A stretch of DNA of 64,000 bases. Source: Nitrospirota bacterium (lineage in GTDB: Bacteria; Nitrospirota; Nitrospiria; Nitrospirales; Nitrospiraceae). The stretch spans positions 32,001 through 96,000 of the forward strand of contig CAVPGK010000014.1 of assembly GCA_963703955.1 (NCBI GenBank). Direction: 5' to 3'. Positions 47,908 through 57,764 of the stretch are shown one piece after another. Below the pieces are notes generated by a model. It did not search any database. It was not told the origin of the DNA and saw nothing but the letters and a program-made list of their open reading frames with translations. Position numbers and translations under genes: made by a program. How positions within the stretch are numbered: position 1 is the stretch's first letter; each line of letters begins with the position of its first letter.

Positions 47908-48401
47908 GGGCACTCGCCAATGCGGGGGGATGAAGAGCCGAGTTGACGCAGGGCCCGATGACCACCGGCACATGATCGAAGGGCGTCCAATAGCTGCCAC
48001 CTGACCGAGGAGCCGATACGAAATAAGCAGTGGGTGTGCGCATGAGCGGAAGAAACGGGATCGCCGTCAATGGTCGAGGCGTCGCGGTCGATCCGGCTCG
48101 CGTCGAGGGATGGGAGGGAGACGTGCTCGGGCGACGATTCTCTCCTGGGCGCCCCTTGCTCATGAGGTCATCTGTCGGCCATAGCCCGGAATGGCTGGGA
48201 GGGGGATGGTGAAAAATGAGCAGGAGCAGGAAGCCGGTGTCCCACGCAGGCTCATGCACGTACATTCACCTACAATTCAGACCACAAGCTGTCATACCAC
48301 GATGAGGCAGTCAATTAGACTTTAGACCTAAAACGGCCCAGGCTGGTTGACACACGGAAGATCGTCGGCCGTATCGATGACGGTCAAGCGACACATTCAC
48401 G

Positions 48402-49406
48402 TTACCGGGCCTCGACTCTCTCGTCGGCGCCGCAGATCCCCGGTGTCATGTACAGAAGGTAGTTCCCCATGCCGTGCTGAACGCGGGGATCGTGCAAAGG
48501 ATGGTGATAGACCATCACCATCTCATACTCATCCTTCGTTGTCACTGAAAACCCTTGAGCATCTCTATATACCTGGTGAGGCTGAAACGCAATGAATGTC
48601 CCGTCTTGGGCCACGTCCGGAACCGTGCGAAGAAGGGTTCGACCGGCCGTCCTGTTTTCGAGCGCAATCAGAAGTAATTCGTCGTGTCCGTGGGGATACG
48701 CGAATTTGACACATCCGTCCATCCGAAACTTCAGCGTGGACGATAGGGTGTGAACCCCCGGCTTGATTTCGATTCCCTCATCGGTCTGGTCTTTCCCGCG
48801 TTGTCCAAACTTGCTGTAGCAGACGATGTTCACGCCGACTTGATAGACGTCCATTTCTTTGATGGGAGTACCGTCAGGAGCCATCTCCATCGTGAAGGTT
48901 GCCATCACATCCTTCATCGGCGGGGCCTTATGATAGAAGGCGACCACGGACATCAGCTTCTTGCCCTTTTCCAATTTCACCCCATAGCCGGACGGAAAAC
49001 GGGCCTCGGTCATCTCCAAGCCGGCGCCTGAGAAGAATAGCGGCTCGCCGGGACACGAGACGCTTTCTTTATCGTTGTTCATCATGAGAATGTGATGCAG
49101 ATACTGCTGTGGCAGGGGCCTGCCTTCTTTCGTAAAGACAGCCGATTTGAAGCCGACCAAATACATATCCTTCGGGAGTTCGAAAATATGCTTCGGCATG
49201 CTGGCCGCCAATTCACCGTCGTGTGCGGCCGGAAGGTCGATCGGTCCGAATGTCAGGGTGACCGTAGTGCCTTCAACCGTGACAGTGGTGGTGGTCTGTC
49301 CGTCCAATGTCGGAACGCCATGCGAATGGCTCTCACTTCCCAGTGCCGGGCCGGCCATGGCTGAGAACATCAGCATCAGCAATCCTACCGAGACCAATCG
49401 CTTCAT
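48402..49406 (-). CDS. Secreted protein with copper type II (PHM/DBH-like) monooxygenase ligand pattern
   Basis: GGAGGA RBS, signal peptide; 'YLHHILM', 'FYH', 'PHGH', 'HGMGNY'. Confidence 0.6.
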   Translation of the reverse strand: MKRLVSVGLLMLMFSAMAGPALGSESHSHGVPTLDGQTTTTVTVEGTTVTLTFGPIDLPAAHDGELAASMPKHIFELPKDMYLVGFKSAVFTKEGRPLPQQYLHHILMMNNDKESVSCPGEPLFFSGAGLEMTEARFPSGYGVKLEKGKKLMSVVAFYHKAPPMKDVMATFTMEMAPDGTPIKEMDVYQVGVNIVCYSKFGQRGKDQTDEGIEIKPGVHTLSSTLKFRMDGCVKFAYPHGHDELLLIALENRTAGRTLLRTVPDVAQDGTFIAFQPHQVYRDAQGFSVTTKDEYEMVMVYHHPLHDPRVQHGMGNYLLYMTPGICGADERVEAR

Positions 49407-49438
49407 CGTTCCTCCTGGTGTACTTGAGTGGCCACAAG

Positions 49439-50326
49439 CTACGGAGTCGACGCAGAGTTTGAATCTGGAGAAGGAGTCAGTCGTTTCAACAGATACTTAC
49501 CCCCCCATTGCCTGGCAGGAATGTCTTTCCGATCACCGACGCGTGTATACCACCAGACGCCTCTTGCTTGCGTTCCATCCTCAGACAGGAGCACTTCAAA
49601 CGCCCCCTCTCGGTCGTTTCCGGACTGGTGCCATGTCCCTTGCCACTTTTGGTCGGCAACCCCAGTGGTGGTGATCTTGCCATTTTGCCACGTATAAGTG
49701 CCGTTCCCGTCACGGTCAAGGGTGGCTTTATAAGACTTATCTTCTTCTTGGATATCCCATTCCCCGCTGAGATCGGGCCTTTGAGACAGCTGAGCGGCGC
49801 TGATCGGACCCGCGGCACCTTGAACGGACCCGGAACTGACCGCAGTGCTTCCGGTTCTTGCGGATTCGTGCCAGGCGACCAAGATCCATGTTCCATTCCG
49901 GCGCTCCAGAACACCGGTCTCACGAAGCGGAATGACGGTTCCGGCGGTTTTCTCGCCGGCTACATGGCGGATATAGTCCAGTTCCATTGCAAACCAGGCG
50001 GTGTCACCGCGAGTCCACACGGCGAGGTCGGTGATGGGAATTTCCAAGCGCTCGACCGAGTCGAACTCCAGTCGCATGTCGCGCGCAAAATCGGCCCACC
50101 CGACATACTTTCGGCCTCCGATCGTATAACTGATCATATCCGGATCGCGTGACATGAATCGTTCCATACCGGCCAGATCTTTGGCTGCATTGGCCTGCAC
50201 GAGAGCCCGCAATACGTCTTCCGGAGTCGAAGGATCCTCTGATTTGGCGAAGGCTTGAAATACAAGAAGGAATATCACGGACCCGGCGAACAGGAGTCGA
50301 CCCAACTGCATGCAGCGTTTACTCAA
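49439..50326 (-). CDS. Secreted SnoaL/NTF2-like domain protein with C-terminal Trp/Gly-rich beta domain
   Basis: Signal peptide; 'RETGVLERRNGTWILVAWHES'; C-domain 'DLSGEW','WQGTW','GVWWY'. Confidence 0.75.
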   Translation of the reverse strand: MSKRCMQLGRLLFAGSVIFLLVFQAFAKSEDPSTPEDVLRALVQANAAKDLAGMERFMSRDPDMISYTIGGRKYVGWADFARDMRLEFDSVERLEIPITDLAVWTRGDTAWFAMELDYIRHVAGEKTAGTVIPLRETGVLERRNGTWILVAWHESARTGSTAVSSGSVQGAAGPISAAQLSQRPDLSGEWDIQEEDKSYKATLDRDGNGTYTWQNGKITTTGVADQKWQGTWHQSGNDREGAFEVLLSEDGTQARGVWWYTRVGDRKDIPARQWGGKYLLKRLTPSPDSNSASTP

Positions 50327-50405
50327 CAGGAAAGGACCAGATGAAGGCAGCCTGACAACAAACGGTCGACGACCACCTGAAGGTCGGCAACGTTAGCGGA
50401 TCAGG

Positions 50406-51182
50406 CTACAGGCGTCCCCCCTCGTTTGTCAATTCATTTCTCACGATGACGACCGAAACGTTGTCGTCGCCGCCCCGGCGGTTTGCCTCCTTCACCAGTG
50501 CCGAGCAGGCAGTCTCGGGCGAAGACTTAGTTCGAACGAGGGTATCCCGTATGTGGTCATCACTCATCATTTTTGTCAGTCCATCCGTGCACAAGAGAAG
50601 AAGATCCTCCGGTTGGAGCGCGTAGACCGAAATGTCTGGTTCCACTACTGTCTCGGTGCCCAGCGCCCGTGTGAGGACATGGCGAAGGGGATGCGCGAGC
50701 GCTTCTTCTTCCGAGAGTTGGCCTTCTGACACGGCGTCTTCTACGAATGAGTGATCGCGGGTGAGTCGAGTCAACCGGTCCCCTCGCAACAGATAGGCCC
50801 GACTATCACCGACATGGGTGATCGTGGCTTCCGATGTTGTTTGGACGATGGTGACGATGACGACGGTCGTGCCCATCCCGATGAATTCGGGACGCCTGAG
50901 GGCCTCATCGCGGATCGCTTGATTCGATGCTTGGATGGCCTGGCGTAGCGCGGTCGCGCGTTCGTCTCGTGCGAGGCGGGAGAACATGCCTGAATGGCGA
51001 TCCTGCGCGAATTCGCGGGCCAGCGTGTCGACGGCCATCCGACTGGCGACGTCCCCCCCCACGCGCCCTCCCATTCCATCGGCGACGACCCAGACACCGA
51101 GATCATTCATGACCGTAAAGGCATCCTGGTTGGACCGCCGAACCCGACCCCGGTCGGTGATACCTGTTCCCTGCCAGGGCAT
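50406..51182 (-). CDS. Stp1/PrpC family PP2C Ser/Thr protein phosphatase
   Basis: 'TDRGRVR.SNQD', 'VADGMGG', 'GMGTT', 'HVGDSRAY', 'LCTDGL', 'GGDDN'. Confidence 0.95.
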   Translation of the reverse strand: MPWQGTGITDRGRVRRSNQDAFTVMNDLGVWVVADGMGGRVGGDVASRMAVDTLAREFAQDRHSGMFSRLARDERATALRQAIQASNQAIRDEALRRPEFIGMGTTVVIVTIVQTTSEATITHVGDSRAYLLRGDRLTRLTRDHSFVEDAVSEGQLSEEEALAHPLRHVLTRALGTETVVEPDISVYALQPEDLLLLCTDGLTKMMSDDHIRDTLVRTKSSPETACSALVKEANRRGGDDNVSVVIVRNELTNEGGRL

Positions 51183-51208
51183 AGCATTCGACCTCTGCGC
51201 AAAGATCA

Positions 51209-51601
51209 TTATGCGAAAGGTGGTCGAGGTGTGTGGGGGTGATGGCGCTCCACCGGTGGACAATGGATCAGGCCAGCGGGTCCCAAATTGCGCGTGTCGG
51301 CCTCATTGTACTCAATCGGCCGATCGTGGGTGTCAGTTCGGCCTCGGCGCCGCTCATGTCGGAGCCTGACCGCATCCCATCCATCCAAGCCGTCGACCGG
51401 CGTAGGGACCCGCCACGGCGACGTCTCCCTGTGGAGGCGGCTCGCTACAGTTGCAGTCATTGAGGAGTTTTCGTTCGGGGCTGATGCCAGGAAGAGACTC
51501 GACGGCGGGAAGACATGCCAATGCGACACGCCCTGCACCCGGAGCTTTCGCTCTGTCAGTTCGCCGATGCCCTTGAACAAGATAAGGGTCGATTCAATCA
51601 T
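51209..51601 (-). pseudogene. Internally deleted RNase H-like (YprB-type) exonuclease remnant
   Basis: Family-like N-terminus 'GIGELTERKL..QGVSHW..F' and C-terminus 'GLDGWDAVRL....G......YNEADTRNL' with the central DIET catalytic core missing. Confidence 0.6.
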
Positions 51602-51741
51602 TGCGAGCCTTAGCCGGGGATTCTAGCCTTGCTTTCGATGGAGAAACAAGATAAATTCCGCCTTATTATGACACAACAGTGACGCGGGACGATATCGTGG
51701 CGCGAGGCTCCGCATGTCACGCATGAAACGGAATCCAGATC

Positions 51742-52125
51742 GTGAGTGTTCCCAGCAGGCGAATCCTGATTTCAGTCGGCGGGGTGAGTCTCGAGGCCGA
51801 ATTAAGAAGCAACAAGACGGCAGACGCTATTTTTGCGGCTTTGCCGATCGAGAGCGCCTGTAACACCTGGGGAGAAGAATTTTATTGCAAGATCCCCGGC
51901 GTCAAAGATCATCGGGAGACCGCCACGACCCAAGTGAAGGTCGGCGATGTGGCCTTTTGGGGAGCCGGTGAAGTGCTGGCGATTTTTTTTGGACGGACTC
52001 CGATGAGTATGGGCCCCGATCCAGTGCCGGCCGACCGGGTGAATGTTGTCGGGCGCATCATCGGGGATGCCACCAAGTTCCGCAACGTGATCAATCCGAC
52101 CACTATCAAGGTTGAGAAGGTCTAA
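51742..52125 (+). CDS. Cyclophilin-like fold protein (DUF369/TM1367-like)
   Basis: 'TADAIFAALP', 'TWGEEFY', 'GDVAFW', 'AIFFGRTP', 'VNVVGRI'. Confidence 0.8.
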   Translation: MSVPSRRILISVGGVSLEAELRSNKTADAIFAALPIESACNTWGEEFYCKIPGVKDHRETATTQVKVGDVAFWGAGEVLAIFFGRTPMSMGPDPVPADRVNVVGRIIGDATKFRNVINPTTIKVEKV

Positions 52126-52149
52126 AGACCGAACGGCAGGATCTGAGCC

Positions 52150-52431
52150 GTGAAGTTGTCGAAAGCCCGGGTCGGTCGCTTAGCAGACACATTGATTTCA
52201 CGCTTGCAGCAGTCCGGCCATCTTGACGTGGTGGGAGATAAGAAGGTCGTGATTGATGCCTTGGACCGGGCCATCAGTGAAGAATTGTCGGTGGAAGATC
52301 GGTTGAATGCCGAAGTTCGGGAACTGATGAAGCAGTATGATGTAGAAATCGAACGCGGGGGCGTGGATTACCAGAAAATGTTTACGATGATCAAGAACAA
52401 GCTGGTAAGAGAACGGGGGCTGATCCTGTGA
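52150..52431 (+). CDS. DUF507 family protein
   Basis: 'EDRLNAEVRELM', 'DYQKMF..IK.KL..ERG'. Confidence 0.75.
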   Translation: MKLSKARVGRLADTLISRLQQSGHLDVVGDKKVVIDALDRAISEELSVEDRLNAEVRELMKQYDVEIERGGVDYQKMFTMIKNKLVRERGLIL

Positions 52432-52518
52432 GACGTCGGGTCCGTTTGGTCCGTTCAATCAGCTTTGCCAGTGAACGAAGCAAATGGTCAACACGGATAA
52501 CACGGACGTGACGCTTCC

Positions 52519-52797
52519 ATGTTGCTGAGTGATGACAAAGTCAGCCACCTCTCCCATGTGATCATGACCTCTCTCAAGAAGACTTCGGCGGCCCGTCTCA
52601 AAGGAGATGAAGAATTGGCGCTACGCGAGATCAAGCGGGTGTTGGCCGGCGAGCTGGCTGAAGAAGAAACCACTGATCGCACCGTTCGGGCGCGGTTGGC
52701 CTCCTACTCGCGTCGGCTGATCGAAGGAAGTCCGGAATGGGACGTCTTGTATCGGAAACTCTTTGAAGAGGAATTGCGCAAGCGGAACAAACTGTGA
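52519..52797 (+). CDS. DUF507 family protein (paralog)
   Basis: 'LSDDKVSHLSH', 'SYSR...EGSPEWDVLYRK.FEEE'. Confidence 0.75.
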   Translation: MLLSDDKVSHLSHVIMTSLKKTSAARLKGDEELALREIKRVLAGELAEEETTDRTVRARLASYSRRLIEGSPEWDVLYRKLFEEELRKRNKL

Positions 52798-52804
52798 GGA
52801 CCTT

Positions 52805-53257
52805 ATGAAACGTACCGGTCTGTTGCTGATGATCATGGTGACGCTGCTTTGGGTACCCGGATGTTCGAGTGCGCCTAAGACCAAGCAGAGGTCGCCATTG
52901 CCGGTCAAGGCATCGGTTTCTCAAAACGTCACCCAACATAATGTACAGGGCACCGAGGCTTATCAGAACAAGCAATTCACGGAAGCCAGAACGCACTTCC
53001 AGCAGGTGGTTGTCGGTGCGCCGAATTCAGCCGAAGCGCACTACAACCTCGGCTTGGCGCTCTTCGCGCTCGGTGAAAACGATCGGGCCCGCGAGCAGTT
53101 CATCGAAGCGGCCAACCTGGCACCAGGGGATAAAGTGATTTGGGATTCTCCGGCGTTGCATCAGTATGGATCGCCTGAGTCCAATATTCCCAAACAGATG
53201 AAGGACCAGGCGTATAACAATCAGCGACCGACGTTCGGTGGCTCACCGAGACGGTGA
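52805..53257 (+). CDS. TPR lipoprotein
   Basis: Lipobox 'VPGC'; TPR 'AEAHYNLGLAL'. Confidence 0.8.
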   Translation: MKRTGLLLMIMVTLLWVPGCSSAPKTKQRSPLPVKASVSQNVTQHNVQGTEAYQNKQFTEARTHFQQVVVGAPNSAEAHYNLGLALFALGENDRAREQFIEAANLAPGDKVIWDSPALHQYGSPESNIPKQMKDQAYNNQRPTFGGSPRR

Positions 53258-53279
53258 GGCGAGAAGGAGCATCAACAAG

Positions 53280-53753
53280 ATGGCTGCGGAGCTGAAGGTC
53301 GGCGACAAGGCCCCGGCATTTTCGCTCCCGAACCAGGCAGGGCAGAGCGTCACGCTGAAGAGCCTGAAAGGCATGTCGGTCGTGCTGTATTTCTACCCCA
53401 AGGATGATACACCGGGATGCACTAAGGAGGCGTGCGGATTTCGGGACTCGATGGCATCGCTAAAGAAGACCGGCGCGGTCGTTGTGGGGGTCAGTCTGGA
53501 CGACGCTGACTCACACCGCAAGTTTGTCGACAAGTATGGGTTGCCGTTCTCCTTGCTCAGTGACGAAGAGGCCGTCGTGTCCAAAGCGTATGGTGTCTAC
53601 AAGCAGAAGAACATGTACGGAAAGAAGTTTTGGGGAATTGAACGAAGCACGTTCGTGATTGATGGAGCAGGAACGATCACGGCGATCTTCCGCAAGGTCA
53701 AGGTGGATGGTCATGTGGACGAAGTGCTAGCGGCCTTGAACCGGCATGGATGA
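53280..53753 (+). CDS. bcp: Thioredoxin-dependent thiol peroxidase (BCP/PrxQ)
   Basis: 'YFYPKDDTPGCTKEACGFRD', 'GIERSTF'. Confidence 0.95.
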   Translation: MAAELKVGDKAPAFSLPNQAGQSVTLKSLKGMSVVLYFYPKDDTPGCTKEACGFRDSMASLKKTGAVVVGVSLDDADSHRKFVDKYGLPFSLLSDEEAVVSKAYGVYKQKNMYGKKFWGIERSTFVIDGAGTITAIFRKVKVDGHVDEVLAALNRHG

Positions 53754-53985
53754 CCGGGAGAGAACGTGGCGTGGGCTCCAGGCGGCTTCTCTTTCGATCA
53801 TCACCGGAGTGGGGCATTTGTATCTTGGCGAAAAACGCGGGTATGCGCTGTTCGCTTGCGGCGCGGCGCTGTTTCTCATCTCTCGCCTGTTTTGGCCGCC
53901 CGCGGAATTGTTGTACATCAGTCTCATGATCTTTTCTGCGGTCGACGCGTATGGGATCGCCAAGCGCGGTCATGGCCTGTTCTGA
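53746..53985 (+). CDS. Small membrane protein
   Basis: 'S.IITGVGHLYLG' TM2-like motif, 2-3 TM segments; overlaps bcp stop. Confidence 0.65.
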   Translation: MDDRERTWRGLQAASLSIITGVGHLYLGEKRGYALFACGAALFLISRLFWPPAELLYISLMIFSAVDAYGIAKRGHGLF

Positions 53986-54031
53986 CCGCCCGCGCTCCTC
54001 GTGAATCGTTCATCGAGCAGGAGGTGTCGCG

Positions 54032-55414
54032 GTGCGCGATCGTTCACGACGCTCTTCGTCTCCTCTCAAGTCCCGGACGAATCTCATCCCCTTGATAACC
54101 GTCACGCCGCCCGGTTCCCAGGCCAAGGCCTGGGTCGCGCGAGATCAGCGCAGCCTTTCCCAGTCGGCAACCCGAATTTATCCGCTCGTCGTGCAAAAGG
54201 CGCGAGGGGCCATCGTTGAGGACGTGGACGGTAACCGGTATCTGGACTTCACGGCGGGGATCGCGGTGGTGTCGACGGGCCATGCACATCCGAAGGTGGT
54301 GGCGGCGATCCGGAAACAGGCGGCGCGCTTTCTTCACATGTCCGGAACGGATTTTTATTACCCTGCGCAAATCAAGCTGGCGGAGACCATCGGACGCATC
54401 ACGCCGGGCAAGAAACCCAAGCGAGCCTTTTTCAGCAACTCGGGCGCAGAGGCGGTCGAAGCCGCCTTCAAGTTAGCGCGATACCGCACTCGCCGTCCGC
54501 TTATGATTGCGTTTCAAGGTGGGTTTCACGGGCGCACGATGGGGGCGCTGTCGCTGACGGGAAGCAAGGCCGTTCAACGCCGCCACTTCTCCCCGCTGGT
54601 CCCGGGCGTGACCCATGTACCATACGCGAATTGTTACCGCTGTCCGTACGGCCTGACCTACCCGTCGTGCAAAATGCACTGTGTCCAGGTCATCCGGGAT
54701 GTGTATTTCAAGAGCACTGTTCCCCCCGAAGAAGTCGCTGCAATCGTCGTCGAGCCGATCCAAGGCGAAGGCGGTATCATCGTGCCGCCTCCCGAGTTCC
54801 ACCCCATGCTGGCTTCCCTGGCAAAAGAGTTCGGCATTCTCTATGTCGTCGATGAGGTCCAGACGGGAATGGGCCGAACCGGGAAGATGTTCGCCAGTGA
54901 GCACTGGGGATTGCTGCCGGACATCATGGCCATCGGAAAAGGGATCGCCTCGGGTCTTCCTATGGGCGCGACGGTCGCGCTGGCCGACGTGATGGATTGG
55001 CCTGCCGGCTCACATGCCAATACCTTCGGGGGAAATCCCGTCGCGTGCGAAGCGGCCCTTGTCACGATCGAACTGCTGGAACAACGTCTGGTGAAAAATG
55101 CGGCCGTGGTGGGTCAATATCTCCTGAAGGCCTTGGACGAGATGAAGGCTCGCCACCGGCTCATCGGCGAGGTGCGCGGAAAGGGATTGATGATCGGAAT
55201 CGAATGTGTTCGCGACCCTGACACCAAGGAAATGGCGATTCAGGAACGGAATGACGTGGTGCGGCGCTGCTTCCGGAAAGGATTGCTGTTGCTCGGGTGT
55301 GGGCAGAACGTGATCAGGATGGTGCCACCTTTGACCATTACGAAACGGGACGCGGACGTGGCGTTGGACATTTTGGACGGGGTGCTCAGTGATGTCGAAG
55401 GAAGGCGCCATTAA
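54032..55414 (+). CDS. Class III PLP aminotransferase (acetylornithine/4-aminobutyrate family)
   Basis: 'NSGAEAVE', 'FHGRT', 'EPIQGEGG', 'DEVQTGMGRTG', 'IGKGIASG', 'TFGGNP'. Confidence 0.93.
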   Translation: MRDRSRRSSSPLKSRTNLIPLITVTPPGSQAKAWVARDQRSLSQSATRIYPLVVQKARGAIVEDVDGNRYLDFTAGIAVVSTGHAHPKVVAAIRKQAARFLHMSGTDFYYPAQIKLAETIGRITPGKKPKRAFFSNSGAEAVEAAFKLARYRTRRPLMIAFQGGFHGRTMGALSLTGSKAVQRRHFSPLVPGVTHVPYANCYRCPYGLTYPSCKMHCVQVIRDVYFKSTVPPEEVAAIVVEPIQGEGGIIVPPPEFHPMLASLAKEFGILYVVDEVQTGMGRTGKMFASEHWGLLPDIMAIGKGIASGLPMGATVALADVMDWPAGSHANTFGGNPVACEAALVTIELLEQRLVKNAAVVGQYLLKALDEMKARHRLIGEVRGKGLMIGIECVRDPDTKEMAIQERNDVVRRCFRKGLLLLGCGQNVIRMVPPLTITKRDADVALDILDGVLSDVEGRRH

Positions 55415-56270
55415 GCTGCGGCCGCGGCTCGCTGGCTTGATCGGCCTGGCATGCCTGACGCTGGGTGAGGCTCTTGCGGGAGAAAAGGTTGCGGGCACCC
55501 TGTCGGTGCGCGATGGGTTGACGATGCCCGGACGTCCGGTCATGATCGAGGCCACATTGGTTCAGGACACCCTTCTGAGGCAGGCCGGAATAGGCGGGGA
55601 GCTCGTCGAGTTTTTGGTGGGAGGAAAGAAAGCCGGCACCTCGATGACGGGCGGCGATGGGCGCGCGCGCCTGCAATACACCCCTCACATGCGTGGGAAC
55701 CAGACGGTGACGGCGAAGCTTGCCGAAAGCAAGCGCGTGCAATCGCCGGAAGCCGCAGGCACGCTGTTCGTCTGGGAACGGCGGCGGCCAGTCTTGCTGG
55801 TCGAGTTTGCCGCGCTGACCGAACCCGCCAAGAATCCGGTCGTCGCAATCCCGCCGCTGGCCGGGAAATTGACCGGTCAGCCATCTCCCACTCCGCTTCC
55901 GGAGGCGGCGGATGAGCTGAAGCGGCTCGCCGATTTCTTTTTCAATGTGACCTACGTCTCGCGAACCGGTGTCGCCATGAGCACCACCGAAGCCCAGCGA
56001 GAGTGGCTGCGGCAACACAGCTTTCCTTCGGGGTTCCTGGTCGACATCAAACCGGACAAGGCGGCTCTTGGGACCGTGATTGAAGAGCTGCGTGATCAGG
56101 GTTGGGATAACCTGAAATCCGGGGTTGGGCGAACCAAGGACTTCGCCGATGTTCTGGTTGAGCATCGAATTATGGTAGTGATTGTCCCGGAACCGGAGCG
56201 GGGAGACCTGCCGAAAAAAGCCCAGGTTGCAAAGGGTTGGAAGGAGGTGAGAAAGAAGCTACAAGGCTAG
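55392..56270 (+). CDS. Secreted protein: Ig-like domain plus degenerate HAD/LNS2-like domain
   Basis: Signal peptide; 'TGGDGRA' Ig-like; 'VTYVSR', 'WLRQHSFPSG'. Confidence 0.6.
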   Translation: MSKEGAIKLRPRLAGLIGLACLTLGEALAGEKVAGTLSVRDGLTMPGRPVMIEATLVQDTLLRQAGIGGELVEFLVGGKKAGTSMTGGDGRARLQYTPHMRGNQTVTAKLAESKRVQSPEAAGTLFVWERRRPVLLVEFAALTEPAKNPVVAIPPLAGKLTGQPSPTPLPEAADELKRLADFFFNVTYVSRTGVAMSTTEAQREWLRQHSFPSGFLVDIKPDKAALGTVIEELRDQGWDNLKSGVGRTKDFADVLVEHRIMVVIVPEPERGDLPKKAQVAKGWKEVRKKLQG

Positions 56271-56303
56271 AGGATGAGGGTATCCTGGGGAATCGCAAGG
56301 CTT

Positions 56304-56333
56304 TTGAAATTTGACCCCTTATTCCTTTAAGAT
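56304..56333 (+). promoter_or_regulatory. Putative sigma-70 promoter of radA
   Basis: TTGAAA-N18-TAAGAT. Confidence 0.4.
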
Positions 56334-56383
56334 GCGGTTGAACTTGCAGTGGTGATCACAATGTGACCAAGAGGCCTCAGTCG

Positions 56384-57745
56384 ATGCGCGCGAAGACCAG
56401 TTTCCTCTGCCAGGCCTGCGGACATCAATCTCCCCGATGGCTTGGGCGTTGCCCCGATTGCGGAGGCTGGAATACGCTAAAGGAAGAACGCATCGTCGGG
56501 CCGGGCCGAGGCCGCCCTTCGGTCCTCAAACTGGCTTCGTCAACCGCCACTCCGATTGCCGAGATCAAGACGCTCGGGGAACATCGTCGTCGAACCGGGA
56601 TCGGGGAATTTGACCGGGTTCTGGGGGGCGGCGTCATTCCTGGGTCCGTCGTGTTGGTCGGCGGCGATCCCGGAATCGGAAAGACCACTCTTCTCCTGCA
56701 GGCTCTCCCTAAGTTAGGGTCCGATAGAGACACCGTACTCTATGTGTCCGGTGAGGAATCGCCTCAGCAAATCAAGATGCGAGGTCAGCGGCTGGGCGTG
56801 TGTGACTCCGGGCTCTACATTTTGGCCGAAACGTCCTTGGAGGGCATCCTCAAGACAGTTCAAGAACTCCGACCGTCGGCTCTGGTCGTCGATTCCATTC
56901 AAACCGTGTACACAGACCAGATCACATCCGCCCCGGGCAGTATCAGCCAGGTGCAGGAGGTGGCCGGTCAGCTCATGGGGTTCGCCAAGCGAAGCGGTGT
57001 CCCGGTGTTTATCATTGGGCATGTGACTAAGGAAGGCGCTATTGCCGGTCCGCGTCTTCTCGAGCATATCGTCGATACGGTCCTCTATTTTGAGGGAGAC
57101 AAGGGGCACAGCTATCGTCTCTTACGCGCGGTGAAAAACAGGTTCGGCTCAACCAATGAAATTGGCGTCTTTGAGATGAAGGACACTGGGCTCGAAGAGG
57201 TCGGCAATCCCTCAGAGCTGTTTTTGGCCGAGCGTCCGGCAAAAAGCACTGGCTCAGTTGTCGTCTCCAGCCTCGAAGGATCGAGGCCGATCCTGGTCGA
57301 GTTGCAGGCCTTGGTATCCCCGACGGGGTACTCTTTGCCGAAGCGCATGGCGAAGGGAGTCGAGAGCAACCGGGTCTCATTGCTGCTCGCGGTCATGGAA
57401 AAGCGGATGGGATTGCATCTGTCGGGTCAGGATGTGTACGTGAATGTCGTCGGCGGCATGCGGGTCGATGAGCCGGCGATTGACCTGGGTATTGTGAGCG
57501 CGGTGACGTCCAGTCTGCGCGAATGTCCTATCGACCACGGCACAGTGGTCCTGGGTGAAATGGGATTAGGGGGTGAAGTGCGCGCGATCAGTCAGGCGGA
57601 GCTTCGGGTGCGCGAAGCGGCGAAGATGGGATTCCGTCGATGCCTGCTGCCTCACCGCAACCTGTCGAAGTTGAATCTAGTGGAAGGCATCGAATTGATC
57701 GGCATCCGTGAGGTGGGAGAAGCGTTGGATGTGGTATTCGCCTAG
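56384..57745 (+). CDS. radA: DNA repair protein RadA/Sms
   Basis: Zn finger CQACG/CPDCG, 'GDPGIGKTTLL', 'KNRFG', Lon-like C-terminus. Confidence 0.97.
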   Translation: MRAKTSFLCQACGHQSPRWLGRCPDCGGWNTLKEERIVGPGRGRPSVLKLASSTATPIAEIKTLGEHRRRTGIGEFDRVLGGGVIPGSVVLVGGDPGIGKTTLLLQALPKLGSDRDTVLYVSGEESPQQIKMRGQRLGVCDSGLYILAETSLEGILKTVQELRPSALVVDSIQTVYTDQITSAPGSISQVQEVAGQLMGFAKRSGVPVFIIGHVTKEGAIAGPRLLEHIVDTVLYFEGDKGHSYRLLRAVKNRFGSTNEIGVFEMKDTGLEEVGNPSELFLAERPAKSTGSVVVSSLEGSRPILVELQALVSPTGYSLPKRMAKGVESNRVSLLLAVMEKRMGLHLSGQDVYVNVVGGMRVDEPAIDLGIVSAVTSSLRECPIDHGTVVLGEMGLGGEVRAISQAELRVREAAKMGFRRCLLPHRNLSKLNLVEGIELIGIREVGEALDVVFA

Positions 57746-57764
57746 CCAACGCGAAGGTAAAAAA

